From Vulcanimicrobiota bacterium (GTDB lineage: Bacteria; Vulcanimicrobiota; Xenobia; Xenobiales; JADMJV01), in assembly GCA_050250895.1 (NCBI GenBank), contig JBFWNU010000003.1:160001-224000 (forward strand): a stretch of DNA of 64,000 bases. The letters run 5' to 3'. The notes under the pieces were generated by a model. It made no database searches. It saw only the letters and a program-made list of their open reading frames with translations, and had not been told where the DNA came from. Shown piece after piece: positions 21,704 through 30,428 of the stretch. Numbering within the stretch: position 1 is the stretch's first letter; every line of letters begins with the position of its first letter. Both the position numbers and the translations under genes were made by a program.

Positions 21704-21908
21704 GTTGCGGCGACGGTGAAGTGACCCCCGCTAGTCGTGCTTTCTCGCTGACGGGGTCGCTGAGCCGTCGCCCCGAGCGCGCTCCTAGCGCGGGCAGTTC
21801 CATCAGGTTCGACGTGGTCTGATAACTGCGCCCGCGCGCCTTTCAACGACGCTCACGCCCTTCTCCGTTGCAGTCCTTGCTCACGTCCCGGGGCGCTGGC
21901 GAGCGCCC
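21704..21908 (+). repeat. Structured ~200-nt non-coding repeat, copy 1
   Basis: Co-linear with 24704-24893; shared blocks GTTGCGGCGACGGWGAAGTGACC, GCTGAGCCGTC, TCACGCCCTTCTCCGTTGCASTCCTTGCTCACGTCC, GGCGCTGGCGAGCGCCC. Confidence 0.9.
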
Positions 21909-21937
21909 TTTCGTGAAAGGGCGCGCCAGCGCCCCGG
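21888..21937. terminator. Long GC hairpin 15 bp downstream of the immunity gene
   Basis: CCGGGGCGCTGGCG-A-GCGCCCTTTC-GT-GAAAGGGCGC-GCCAGCGCCCCGG; no U-tract, so terminator role uncertain. Confidence 0.45.
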
Positions 21938-21952
21938 TGGCTTGGGGGTCCC

Positions 21953-22240
21953 TCAGGGAACTCCCAAGCCCTTCATTACCAAAGCCTCCATTCGGTCGAC
22001 ATGGTTGCGATATTCCTCGACAGAGATATTGGGTGCTTCCTGCCAACTCATAAACAGGGGAATGAACCAGGTTAGAGCGACCAAGCGTTGTGGCATATGC
22101 TCAACATTAGGGTTCAGACACTCAAGTAGAGACTCCACTCTTCGAAAACCTTCTTGGTCAAAACCCTTCATCCTGAGTATTGCAAAGAATCCTGATTCCC
22201 ACTCATGCTCGAGTTTTTCGATGATTTCTTGATTGTTCAC
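21953..22240 (-). CDS. Putative immunity protein of the upstream Rhs toxin
   Basis: 95 aa, GTG start with RBS GGAGG, 9 bp after the toxin stop; visibly lower GC. Confidence 0.75.
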   Translation of the reverse strand: MNNQEIIEKLEHEWESGFFAILRMKGFDQEGFRRVESLLECLNPNVEHMPQRLVALTWFIPLFMSWQEAPNISVEEYRNHVDRMEALVMKGLGVP

Positions 22241-22249
22241 GCTACCTCC

Positions 22250-23230
22250 TCAAGGTCTGATTTGCCATTGAATAGCTTCCGGTGGAACGAAGTCTCGGAT
22301 GAGGACTTCCTTGCCCATTCTCGCCCAAGCATTTAGCATTCTTGCCGCCGGTCCAAACGGCCCTGACGAAATATCTACGATTTCCGTGGTCACCAAAGAA
22401 AGGTCAATCTTGACCTGACCGAAAAAGCCATTCTTCGTGAATTGCATTGCGGCCTCGCTGGTCTTTGCAGTCGAGATCCATGGACTTAGTCTCTTACCTG
22501 CGACGTGTGACATTGGTGTCACTTCTGTAGCGCCCGGCGCGCGCGCCTGCAATCCTGCTGATGGATTTTCGCCTGGAGCCAGATTGCGAAAGACATACCC
22601 CTTCGGACATTCCTCCGCTGCGTTGGCGGCGGCGGAGAAGCCGAGTGCTGCCTCACCTGACACCGTGGCCGCACGGGCGACCCTGGCCGCGGCCAGATTC
22701 GAGCTTAGCCCCGTGGCGGATCCTACCAGAACCAAGGCGTAGTATGCGCTTTGAGCCTTTGTAGCCTTGCCGGAACCCCAGCCCTGACCAGCTTCCTGGG
22801 CAACCGTCGCTCCGCTCACGTCGAGCATCACGCCCCATGCTCGAAGCCCTGTTGCCTCCACCCAGCCACCAAGTCCGCCCCGGTCAATCGCGAGATTTGC
22901 TTGTTGGTCGAGATATACCTTGTTGGCGTGGGGGTCATCGAAAGTCCCTAGGCCTTCCAATCCGCTGGGGTCAGAGTGATTAACGGGATTCCCGCCGACA
23001 TACCCATACAGGTTCAAGCCACCAGCGAACCCAATCGGGTCCCTGCTCAGGAACCTGGCTAAGGTCGGGTCGTAATGCCGCTGCCGCATGTAGAGCAGCC
23101 CGGTGTCGGCCGTGTCGTCGTGCACGCCCAGGCCACCCACGTAAGTCTTCGGGCTATCCGAGTCGGAACTCGGGTCCTTCGCCCCCCCATTCGTTGTGGA
23201 GGAAGTTGGAGGTCGCCCCGTTCGAGGCAT
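22250..23230 (-). CDS. Orphan Rhs core fragment with C-terminal ADP-ribosyltransferase-like toxin
   Basis: GLLYMRQRHYDPTLARFLSRDPIGFAGGLNLYGYVGGNPVNHSDPSGL; C-terminus has FR, SPWIST and KEVLI..VPPEAI motifs; YD repeats absent, so start uncertain. Confidence 0.85.
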   Translation of the reverse strand: MPRTGRPPTSSTTNGGAKDPSSDSDSPKTYVGGLGVHDDTADTGLLYMRQRHYDPTLARFLSRDPIGFAGGLNLYGYVGGNPVNHSDPSGLEGLGTFDDPHANKVYLDQQANLAIDRGGLGGWVEATGLRAWGVMLDVSGATVAQEAGQGWGSGKATKAQSAYYALVLVGSATGLSSNLAAARVARAATVSGEAALGFSAAANAAEECPKGYVFRNLAPGENPSAGLQARAPGATEVTPMSHVAGKRLSPWISTAKTSEAAMQFTKNGFFGQVKIDLSLVTTEIVDISSGPFGPAARMLNAWARMGKEVLIRDFVPPEAIQWQIRP

Positions 23231-23392
23231 TGACCATCACCCGAGCCGAGGAAAGCCCAGACCTCGGAGACCGTCGGCGTCGCGCACTTTCTTCTTGCGC
23301 AGGTTGCCGGAGTTGACGGTGTCCCGGCTCGACGGCCGTCAGCCCGTTGGAGTCGTTCGCGTCGGCTCAGGCCGAGGACCCTACCCCCCCCC

Positions 23393-23404
23393 GCACACGT
23401 GTGC
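23393..23404. repeat. Palindrome GCACACGTGTGC upstream of HNH-1
   Basis: Perfect 12-bp palindrome between a C-run and CAAAAAAAA; same core recurs at 24322-24335. Confidence 0.8.
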
Positions 23405-23608
23405 CAAAAAAAATAAGATGCGGCCGCCCAACCGCCTCGGAGGTGCCTCCCCCCTAAACTGCTCGTGACAGCCTCTCCAGGACCCCCTCAGGCACTTGGC
23501 CAGCCGAGTTTGAAGAAATCTTCATTTTGGCCTCTCAAAGCTCGAATAATCATCGCTTAGAAAGTGCGCAATTGCCTATGAAATAAGGGTTTGAGCTGCA
23601 TCGAATCT

Positions 23609-23638
23609 TTGACGAACAAGGGGAGCAGAGACTATCAT
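23609..23638 (+). promoter_or_regulatory. Sigma70-type promoter of HNH-1 (leaderless)
   Basis: TTGACG-18 nt-TATCAT, ATG 6 nt downstream at 23645. Confidence 0.65.
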
Positions 23639-23644
23639 GGACCT

Positions 23645-24703
23645 ATGATTACCGATGATAAGCAACGCGAATTCTGGACCCTCGAGAACTTGAGCAAGCT
23701 CCCTCACGAGCGGCTGGAAAGGGTGATCCGTCGCCTGGCCAACACCCTGGCCCTGACTCGCATCCTGCTGGGGCGATGTCTGTTGGCTATCGAGCGCACC
23801 GACTTCTGCGCCGAGACCGGCTGCCACTCGGCTATCCATTTCGCCCGGCTGATCAAAGTCGAGAAGCGCGAGGCGCTAGATTCGATGCGGATCGCCGGCC
23901 ATCTCGAAGAGCTGCCGCTGTTTTCCAAAGCCTGCGAAGAGAACCGAATCTGCTGGTCCAATCTGCGTGTGGTCACCCGCATCGTGACGCCCGAGACCGA
24001 AGAGGCCTGGCTTGACCTGGCGGTGCGCCTTAAGCCTCATCGCCTGGCCCGTCTGGTGGCCGGGGCCAGCCGCGGTGACACTCCGGCCGAGGCGGCCCTG
24101 AACCTGGTAGAAGAGGTGGAACTCCGTTTCCGGGTCGCTCCCGAGGTGTCCGAGTTGTGGTCGCGGGCCGTGGGCGTGATCTCGAGGGAACACGGCGGCA
24201 CGGTCAATCCGGCCGAGGCGTTCGAATGGATCCTGGCCGACTTTCTGGGCGGCCAGGTAGAGCAGCTCAGGGTCGAGGCCGCCCAGGAGCTGGTCGCTCC
24301 GGTCGAGGCGCTGGCAATGCAGACACACGTGTGTCCGGGCGAGTCGAAGTTGCAATTGGCCGGACGGTTGAGGTTCAATCCGAGCAAGCGGCAGGCGACT
24401 GCCGCCCAGCGCCGGGCAGTGCTGCGGCGGGATGGCTATCGCTGCTCTTGCCCGGGCTGCCCCAATCGACTTTGGCTCGATGTGCATCACGTGGTGTTCT
24501 ACTGTCGCGGCGGACCGACGGTGCCCGAAAACCTGGTGGTGGTGTGCTCGCGCTGCCACAAGAACATCCATCAGGGCATCCTGCGCGTGAGCGGGGTGGC
24601 TCCCCAGGGGCTGGTCTGGCGCGATCGCCGGGGGCGCGAGCTGGAACGCGAGCCCGAGAGCGGGCTATTGGAATGGCTGCTGGAATGGGCTCGAGCTGGC
24701 TAA
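23645..24703 (+). CDS. DUF222-like HNH endonuclease (HNH-1)
   Basis: RRDGYRCSCPGC..LDVHHVVFYCRGGPTVPENLVVVCSRCHKNIH; N-terminal helical domain homologous to 55123 ORF (WSNLRVVTRIVTPETEEAWL). Confidence 0.9.
   Translation: MITDDKQREFWTLENLSKLPHERLERVIRRLANTLALTRILLGRCLLAIERTDFCAETGCHSAIHFARLIKVEKREALDSMRIAGHLEELPLFSKACEENRICWSNLRVVTRIVTPETEEAWLDLAVRLKPHRLARLVAGASRGDTPAEAALNLVEEVELRFRVAPEVSELWSRAVGVISREHGGTVNPAEAFEWILADFLGGQVEQLRVEAAQELVAPVEALAMQTHVCPGESKLQLAGRLRFNPSKRQATAAQRRAVLRRDGYRCSCPGCPNRLWLDVHHVVFYCRGGPTVPENLVVVCSRCHKNIHQGILRVSGVAPQGLVWRDRRGRELEREPESGLLEWLLEWARAG
24322..24335. repeat. Palindrome GACACACGTGTGTC inside HNH-1
   Basis: Perfect 14-bp palindrome encoding THVC in the interdomain linker. 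Confidence 0.8.
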
Positions 24704-24893
24704 GTTGCGGCGACGGAGAAGTGACCTTTTCTGGCTTTGGGGTGCTGAGCCGTCACCCGCGGGCGCGCTCGTTTCGTGCGCAGTTCAATCAGGTTTATCG
24801 TGGTCCGAGAACCGCGCCCGGGCGCCTTTCAGCCATGATCACGCCCTTCTCCGTTGCACTCCTTGCTCACGTCCGCGGCGCTGGCGAGCGCCC
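24704..24893 (+). repeat. Structured ~190-nt non-coding repeat, copy 2 (candidate ncRNA or element end)
   Basis: Starts at the first base after the HNH-1 TAA; GCGACGGAGAAG (24710-24721) pairs with CTTCTCCGTTGC (24846-24857). Confidence 0.9.
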
Positions 24894-24983
24894 CTTTGGG
24901 CCCAGAAAGCGTCATCGCGCCTAGCCCCGATTTCGCGGTAGACGATCTCGGCGAGGCGTCCGTGGCCGAATCCCTCAAAAACT

Positions 24984-25063
24984 CGAGCCGTAGCGAAGCG
25001 AAGGCTCGCTCCCTTCCCTGGGCGTAGCCCAGCTCCCATCTCGAGGCCAAAGGCCTCGCTCCC
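24984..25063. repeat. Three tandem REP-like hairpins, each followed by CTCCC
   Basis: CGAGCC..GGCTCG, CTGGGC-GTA-GCCCAG, CGAGGCC-AAA-GGCCTCG. Confidence 0.65.
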
Positions 25064-25078
25064 CCCGGCGTGGAGCGG

Positions 25079-26962
25079 TCAGTCGTGGACGTCGAGGCTG
25101 AAGTCGCCGATGGTGACCTGGTCGTCCGAGACGATGATGCGTTGGTCCTTGTCGGTCGAATCGATGAGCGCTTCGCCGACCTTGAGGGGGCGGCCGAGGT
25201 CGATGACCAGGGTGCCGCCATTGGCTCCCATGGCCAGCACTTTGCCCTCTTTGGTGGCCACCAGTTCGGCCACCGCGCTGTCCAACTTGTACGCGGATAC
25301 GGGCTGGCCCGGCTGCATGACATAGACGTGGCCGCTGGCCGAACCGGCCACGGCCAGATAGTCATCGCCGGCCCTCAGCGGCAACACTTCGGTGAACGGC
25401 TGGCCGTCGTCGGTCCAAAAGGTGGTGCGCTTGAACTCGTTGGGCCGGCCGGCCGGCAGCTCGATGGTCAGAAAGTGGTCGAAGTCCTCGGGCACACGGC
25501 CCCAGCGCACTCGGGCGTCGCTGAGGTCAGGGAAGACGGCGACCTGAGCTGTCTTGGAGCTGGCTAGAAGCTTGCTCGAGAGGGTGCTGGCACTCACGCC
25601 GGCCTGGGTCAAAGCCTGGTCTTGAGTGGAGGGTTCGGCGAACTGGGCGCAGCCGTCGGCTAGCACTCCGCCGAGGCTCCACAGGGTCGGCTTGAGGCTG
25701 ACCTTGTCGTTGTGGTGCTGAAACTCGCGGAGATAGCCTTCGAGAGTGGGGTGACGGTGGTAGTGGCCCAGGTTGGGGTCGGCCAGCAGGGGCGCGTCGA
25801 GGCTCACCGGGCTCGGGTTGCCGTCGCGGTCAAGCGCGATGGGACCGTTGCTCGACACGATGGCCAGCCGGCCGTCGGCCAGAGGGGCAAAGTGGAACAT
25901 CGGGCGATCGTCAGGCTCTGAGTAGATTTCGACCGGATGGTCCGCCAGGCCCACCGAGTGGGTGATGAGCCCCCAGCCAGTCTGGGCCTGATCGAGGTCT
26001 ATCCGAAGCAAGAGGCGAGCCTTGGGCTCCTGGTGCCAGCGACGGCCGGCCACGTAGGCTTCGTTGCCGTCGCGCGAGAGGCGCACCTCTTCGACCGAAC
26101 CGCGGAAGGTGAATTTCTTGAGCTTCTCGCCGTCGGGTGAATAGAGGCGAAAAGTAGACTTGGTGTAGTCGTGATGCTCGCGCACCAGCACCGAGCCGTC
26201 GGGGCGGGGTAAGATGTCCTGGATGTCGTCCGAGACGGCGAACGAGCGGCTGGCGCCGGTAGCCAGATCGAGGCTGGTCAGTTGCTTGTCCTGTCTGAAG
26301 GTCAGGCGGTCGGCGCCATAGTGGGTATAGGTGGGGCTCGCGTCTTGCTGGTAGATGGTCTGGCCGTCGCTGCCGAGGACTTCCAGGCTGCGCCCGGTGA
26401 CCACCAGCTTGCCGTCAGGCAAGAGCAGGGCGCGACTCATGTTGTCGTAGCTCTTGGGAGTCACTTCGCGGGTCGAGTCGAGGCGTGAGTCGGTCACCAG
26501 CAGCCGGTCAGGGCCGCCCACCACCAGGCCGTTTTCGTTGACATCCAGCCGGGTTGCCTCAAAGGGAAGGTTTAGCTCGGCGGTGGGTTGGCCGGTTTGG
26601 CCGTCGAGGCTCTGCAGGCGGCCTTTCTCGAGCACGAAGACGCGACCCGAGTGCTGCTCGCACTCGAGGCTGACGAAGTCGGGAGTGCGCTCGAATTCAT
26701 ACAGCTTCTCGCCCTGGCGACTCCAGCCGGTGATGGTCTTCTCGCCCAGCTTGACGAAGTTCTGACCGGTGAAGAGCAGGCGGTCAAAGCGACCGAGGGG
26801 TTGCTGATGAACCTGCTCGAATCCGCCGGCAGTGGCCCGATAGAGCGAGGCCTCGAGTGGCCTGGCCGACCCCTCGTAACCGTCGGTGGGGCCGGTGGCA
26901 GCGGCTCGGGGCGACGGACGCAAATTTGCCGGAGTGGCTCCGTTTACACCTGAAATGACCAT
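25079..26962 (-). CDS. Beta-propeller-like (PQQ/WD-type) hypothetical protein, 627 aa
   Basis: Recurrent xDGx turns and short beta strands (LPDGKLVV, RPDGSVLV, SPDGE, LADGRLAI); no signal peptide. Confidence 0.75.
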   Translation of the reverse strand: MVISGVNGATPANLRPSPRAAATGPTDGYEGSARPLEASLYRATAGGFEQVHQQPLGRFDRLLFTGQNFVKLGEKTITGWSRQGEKLYEFERTPDFVSLECEQHSGRVFVLEKGRLQSLDGQTGQPTAELNLPFEATRLDVNENGLVVGGPDRLLVTDSRLDSTREVTPKSYDNMSRALLLPDGKLVVTGRSLEVLGSDGQTIYQQDASPTYTHYGADRLTFRQDKQLTSLDLATGASRSFAVSDDIQDILPRPDGSVLVREHHDYTKSTFRLYSPDGEKLKKFTFRGSVEEVRLSRDGNEAYVAGRRWHQEPKARLLLRIDLDQAQTGWGLITHSVGLADHPVEIYSEPDDRPMFHFAPLADGRLAIVSSNGPIALDRDGNPSPVSLDAPLLADPNLGHYHRHPTLEGYLREFQHHNDKVSLKPTLWSLGGVLADGCAQFAEPSTQDQALTQAGVSASTLSSKLLASSKTAQVAVFPDLSDARVRWGRVPEDFDHFLTIELPAGRPNEFKRTTFWTDDGQPFTEVLPLRAGDDYLAVAGSASGHVYVMQPGQPVSAYKLDSAVAELVATKEGKVLAMGANGGTLVIDLGRPLKVGEALIDSTDKDQRIIVSDDQVTIGDFSLDVHD

Positions 26963-27044
26963 GCTATCAGCTTAGGCTAGAGACCGTAAAAAAGTCTGAT
27001 TCAACCCCTGAAGGTGGGCGCCCGGCGGGCAAGAACCTCTCGGC

Positions 27045-27659
27045 ATGCGTGTCATCCTCACTCTTCTTTTGGGCTTTCTGCTCGTTTCAGGGGTAGCGGC
27101 CGAGCAGCTCAAGCCGGTCGACAACACCGCCGAGGCTCCGGATTTCGAGGCTTTTCGCAGCCAGCTCAAACAAGCGGTGCGCGACCACGATGCGGCTTTC
27201 TTTCGCGAGCGCGCCCAGGGCGCCAAGGTCAGCTTCGGAGGAGACACCTCCCTCGACCAGATGTACAAACTCGACGATCCCGACGACCGATTCTGGAAGA
27301 TCGTGGCCCGCATGGTCGAGCTGGGCGGCTACTATGAGGCCGACCACGCTATGGTTTATTATCCTTACGTGTATGCCCGATTTCCCGAGAATCTCGACAG
27401 TTTCGAGTGGGTGGCCGTGACCGGCGAGAACGTGAACCTGCGCGACCAGCCCAGCCTTTCGGGGCAGGTGGTCGGGCACGCCAGCTATGACCTGTTGAAG
27501 GTGGTGGAGTGGTCCGACGAGTGGCTGAAGGTTCAGCGCGATGGTGGCGCCTTCGCCTATATTCACCGCGATCTGGTCTACTCGCCCGTGGGTTATCGGA
27601 TGGGCTTGAAGAAGAGGGATGGCCGCTGGATGATCACCTTCCTGGTGGCGGGCGACTAG
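27045..27659 (+). CDS. Secreted SH3b-domain protein
   Basis: Signal peptide; [20 protein letters not shown]...WLKVQ...AYIH. Confidence 0.85.
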   Translation: MRVILTLLLGFLLVSGVAAEQLKPVDNTAEAPDFEAFRSQLKQAVRDHDAAFFRERAQGAKVSFGGDTSLDQMYKLDDPDDRFWKIVARMVELGGYYEADHAMVYYPYVYARFPENLDSFEWVAVTGENVNLRDQPSLSGQVVGHASYDLLKVVEWSDEWLKVQRDGGAFAYIHRDLVYSPVGYRMGLKKRDGRWMITFLVAGD

Positions 27660-27713
27660 CAGAAATGTCGAATTGTTCAGATTCTGGCAACAACTTTTTG
27701 GTAAGGTGTTGAG

Positions 27714-29123
27714 GTGGCAACGACTATAGGCAATACTCCCTCTTCGGTCACCACGACCGCGCCCTCTCGCCCCGCCACGGTCGCCAGCCAACCCAAAGTC
27801 GAGTCGGGCCCGAAAGAGACTTTCACCCCCGGCGAGCCGGCCGGTCCCCCTAAGCAGAGCGAGGTGCTGGCTCTATTCGCTAAGAATGGCGAGGCCCGCT
27901 CGGCCGCCAGCGACCTGATCCGCAGTGAGGGCGTGGGCGCTCCCGATGCCGAGCAGCGCCAGCGCCTGATGGGCGAGCTGTCCGGGGTCGATAAGGACGT
28001 GTTGCAACTGGCGGCCGACAGCGGCCTGAAATTCGCCGTGGCCGATCCTGGTGACAACCTGGTCGAACTGGGGGCGGTCAAGCCGCTCGACCCTGAAGCC
28101 ATCAAGGCCGATCTCCCTGACATGAAGGCGGCCGGCGACAACTATCTCGAAGCTTCGGGCCCGCTGGCCTCGAAGATGGCCGACCTCTACAACCAGCGAA
28201 ACGCTTATATCCAAGAGAAAGGCTACACCCAAGAGCAGCTGGCGACGGTCGACGATCCCAAGCTGCGCGGCATCGAGTCCCAATTTCTCGAGACCCGTGG
28301 CCAGCTGATGGGCGAGGCCAGCAAGATGCTCGAATCTGGAGTGCGCCAGTTTATCCCGCCCCAGGGGGAAGGGATGCCGCGCACCACCGCTCTCGAGTCG
28401 GTGGCCATCAGCCAGGGAGCCCAGACTCCCGAAGAGATCAAAGAGTTCACCGACATGGTCAAGACGCTCAACGCCGACCGGCTGGCCGGCATGGGCGAGC
28501 GCGGCCTCGCGGCCCTGCAAGCTCAGGCCCAGTCTGGCGACGCCCAACAGGCCGAGCAGGCCAAGGCCTATCTTGAGGCGGCCGAGCGCAAGGGTCTGAC
28601 CATGATCAACTGGCAAGAAGAGCCGCTGATCATTCCCGACATGCAGTATCATCGCGACCCCGACGCTCCCGCTGGCAGCCCCGGTCTGCGGCTGGACACC
28701 CACGACATGAACGTGCTCAACGAGTGGGGCGGGGGCACTACCACCGTCACTCCTTTCAATCCTGACGATCCCAACGGAGCCACCGGCGGCGTGCGACTGC
28801 CCAAGTCCAACCTGGTCTTGTTGCGTAGCGGCGTCGAGGGTGAGGGAGTGCACGAGTTAGGCCACGCCATCGAGGGCATCGTCGAGCAAAAAGATCCTCA
28901 GTTCCATCAGCAGTGGTCGAGCCAGGTGCAGCAAGCCTTCCTCAACGGTCAGGCCAGCGGTCAGGGCGTGACTCGCTACTCGCTGACCAACCCCGACGAA
29001 TACATCGCCGAGGGGTTCTCTCATTTCTACGAAGATCCCCAACTGCTCAAAGCCAAAGACCCGGCGCTGTTCGGCCTGAGTGAACAACTGGTCGCCAGGG
29101 CCCGTGAACTCGGCGCCCAGTGA
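27714..29123 (+). CDS. Zinc metallopeptidase, anthrax lethal factor/Pro-Pro endopeptidase-like C-terminal domain
   Basis: VHELGHAIE plus YSLTNPDEYIAEGF..YEDP..LKAKDP. Confidence 0.8.
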   Translation: MATTIGNTPSSVTTTAPSRPATVASQPKVESGPKETFTPGEPAGPPKQSEVLALFAKNGEARSAASDLIRSEGVGAPDAEQRQRLMGELSGVDKDVLQLAADSGLKFAVADPGDNLVELGAVKPLDPEAIKADLPDMKAAGDNYLEASGPLASKMADLYNQRNAYIQEKGYTQEQLATVDDPKLRGIESQFLETRGQLMGEASKMLESGVRQFIPPQGEGMPRTTALESVAISQGAQTPEEIKEFTDMVKTLNADRLAGMGERGLAALQAQAQSGDAQQAEQAKAYLEAAERKGLTMINWQEEPLIIPDMQYHRDPDAPAGSPGLRLDTHDMNVLNEWGGGTTTVTPFNPDDPNGATGGVRLPKSNLVLLRSGVEGEGVHELGHAIEGIVEQKDPQFHQQWSSQVQQAFLNGQASGQGVTRYSLTNPDEYIAEGFSHFYEDPQLLKAKDPALFGLSEQLVARARELGAQ

Positions 29124-29407
29124 AAATCGTCTTCCACCGCTACCTCGAGACGGCCGACTCGCTCGAGGTCGGCGAAGAGGTCGGCGAGCTGTGCATCCAC
29201 GACGAAGAGTTCGACCTTTTCTTTGACGACCCCGATTTGCAGCGGCGAGTGTTGGAGCTGATCGAAGAAGACGGGTTACTCAAGCGAGTCGCCCAGGGCC
29301 CGGCCACCCGTTTCGTGGCTCCCGAGCCTCTCTCGAAAGAGTGGGCCCAGTTGTTGGTCGAGCGGCTCGAACGCAAGGACTTTCGCCTGTGCGGGAAGTT
29401 CACTTAA
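29120..29407 (+). CDS. Small acidic hypothetical protein
   Basis: GTGA overlap with the peptidase; 95 aa. Confidence 0.65.
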   Translation: MKIVFHRYLETADSLEVGEEVGELCIHDEEFDLFFDDPDLQRRVLELIEEDGLLKRVAQGPATRFVAPEPLSKEWAQLLVERLERKDFRLCGKFT

Positions 29408-30297
29408 AGCGACTCGAAGAGCTTTACGGCTGTCTTGAAGAACGGCCGGGAAATCCTTGCGGCCAGTGCCGCGAATGCTGCACCGACGGGGGAGCCAACC
29501 TGCACCGGGTGACCGAGTTAGAACTCGACCTCATCGAAGAGCGGGTGGGCCCGGTCGAGGACTTTCGGCGCTACCTGGCTCGCACTGGCGAGTTCCACCT
29601 GTGCCCTTTTTATGACGAGCAGGCCCGCGGCTGCGGGATCTATGCGGTAAGACCCTTCTCGTGCCGTATCTTCGGCCACTATCGTTCAGACGCGACCCGG
29701 CTGCCCGAAGTGTGTGTCTTTCGGGGTCAGGAAAGAATCTTCGGGTCCTACTTCGAGGAAGTGCCCCAGGCTCGCCAGTTGCGTGAACTCGTGCGGGATT
29801 ACTGGCCGCATCGCCAGCAGCGTGTCTCGCTAGGTCAACCTACCGCTCCGGGACCCGATGCCGACCCGTTGGAGCAGGCCCTATGGCTGCAACACCAGGG
29901 CCACTTTGATGAAGCCCTGGCTCAACTCGAGTCGGCCGACCTCTCGCGGACCCCGTATTTCCTCTATTGCCTGGCTTTGATCCTCGAGGGTCTCGGTCAA
30001 TTCGCGCCGGCTCAGGCCGCCCTCGAAGAAGCCCTCGAGGCCGCTCCCGAGGTGGGAACGCTCTGGTTTCGCCTGGGCTGCGTCCGCTTCTCGCGCGGAC
30101 TCGATGCGGTGGCGGCTTTTGACCAGGCCTGCCGCTTTGACCCTGACAATGGTCGAGCCTGGGGGTTTCTGGGCTGTGCCTGGCTGCAGAAAGGGTGCCC
30201 GAGCGAAGCGGTCGAGCCGCTTCGCCGGGCGGTCGAGATGATTCCTGAGGAGGACGCGTTCGCGCGTTATCTGGCTCTGGCTACTGGCTCACCATGA
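29389..30297 (+). CDS. YkgJ-like cysteine-cluster protein with C-terminal TPR repeats
   Basis: CGQCRECC, CPFYD...CGIYAVRPFSCR; TPR-like WFRLG and AWGFLG; start uncertain (29341 or 29389). Confidence 0.85.
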   Translation: MREVHLKRLEELYGCLEERPGNPCGQCRECCTDGGANLHRVTELELDLIEERVGPVEDFRRYLARTGEFHLCPFYDEQARGCGIYAVRPFSCRIFGHYRSDATRLPEVCVFRGQERIFGSYFEEVPQARQLRELVRDYWPHRQQRVSLGQPTAPGPDADPLEQALWLQHQGHFDEALAQLESADLSRTPYFLYCLALILEGLGQFAPAQAALEEALEAAPEVGTLWFRLGCVRFSRGLDAVAAFDQACRFDPDNGRAWGFLGCAWLQKGCPSEAVEPLRRAVEMIPEEDAFARYLALATGSP

Positions 30298-30428
30298 ACA
30301 AGAGAATCAGGCTCGCCACTACCACCACGCTCAGGTCGAGTAGATGGGGCAAACCGGATGCCCCCCCCTTAACCATCGGGACCTGTTGGTGGCCGCGTCC
30401 AGGTGGTCTACTGAAGGTGGAGGAACAC

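Noticed and set aside
23591-23644. TTG start of HNH-1 at 23591
   Set aside because: This stretch contains the -35/-10 promoter; ATG 23645 fits a leaderless start
23645-24703. HNH-1 or HNH-2 as IscB/Cas9/TnpB
   Set aside because: No RuvC motifs, PLMP N-terminus or bridge helix recognisable; the architecture is helical DUF222-like plus terminal HNH
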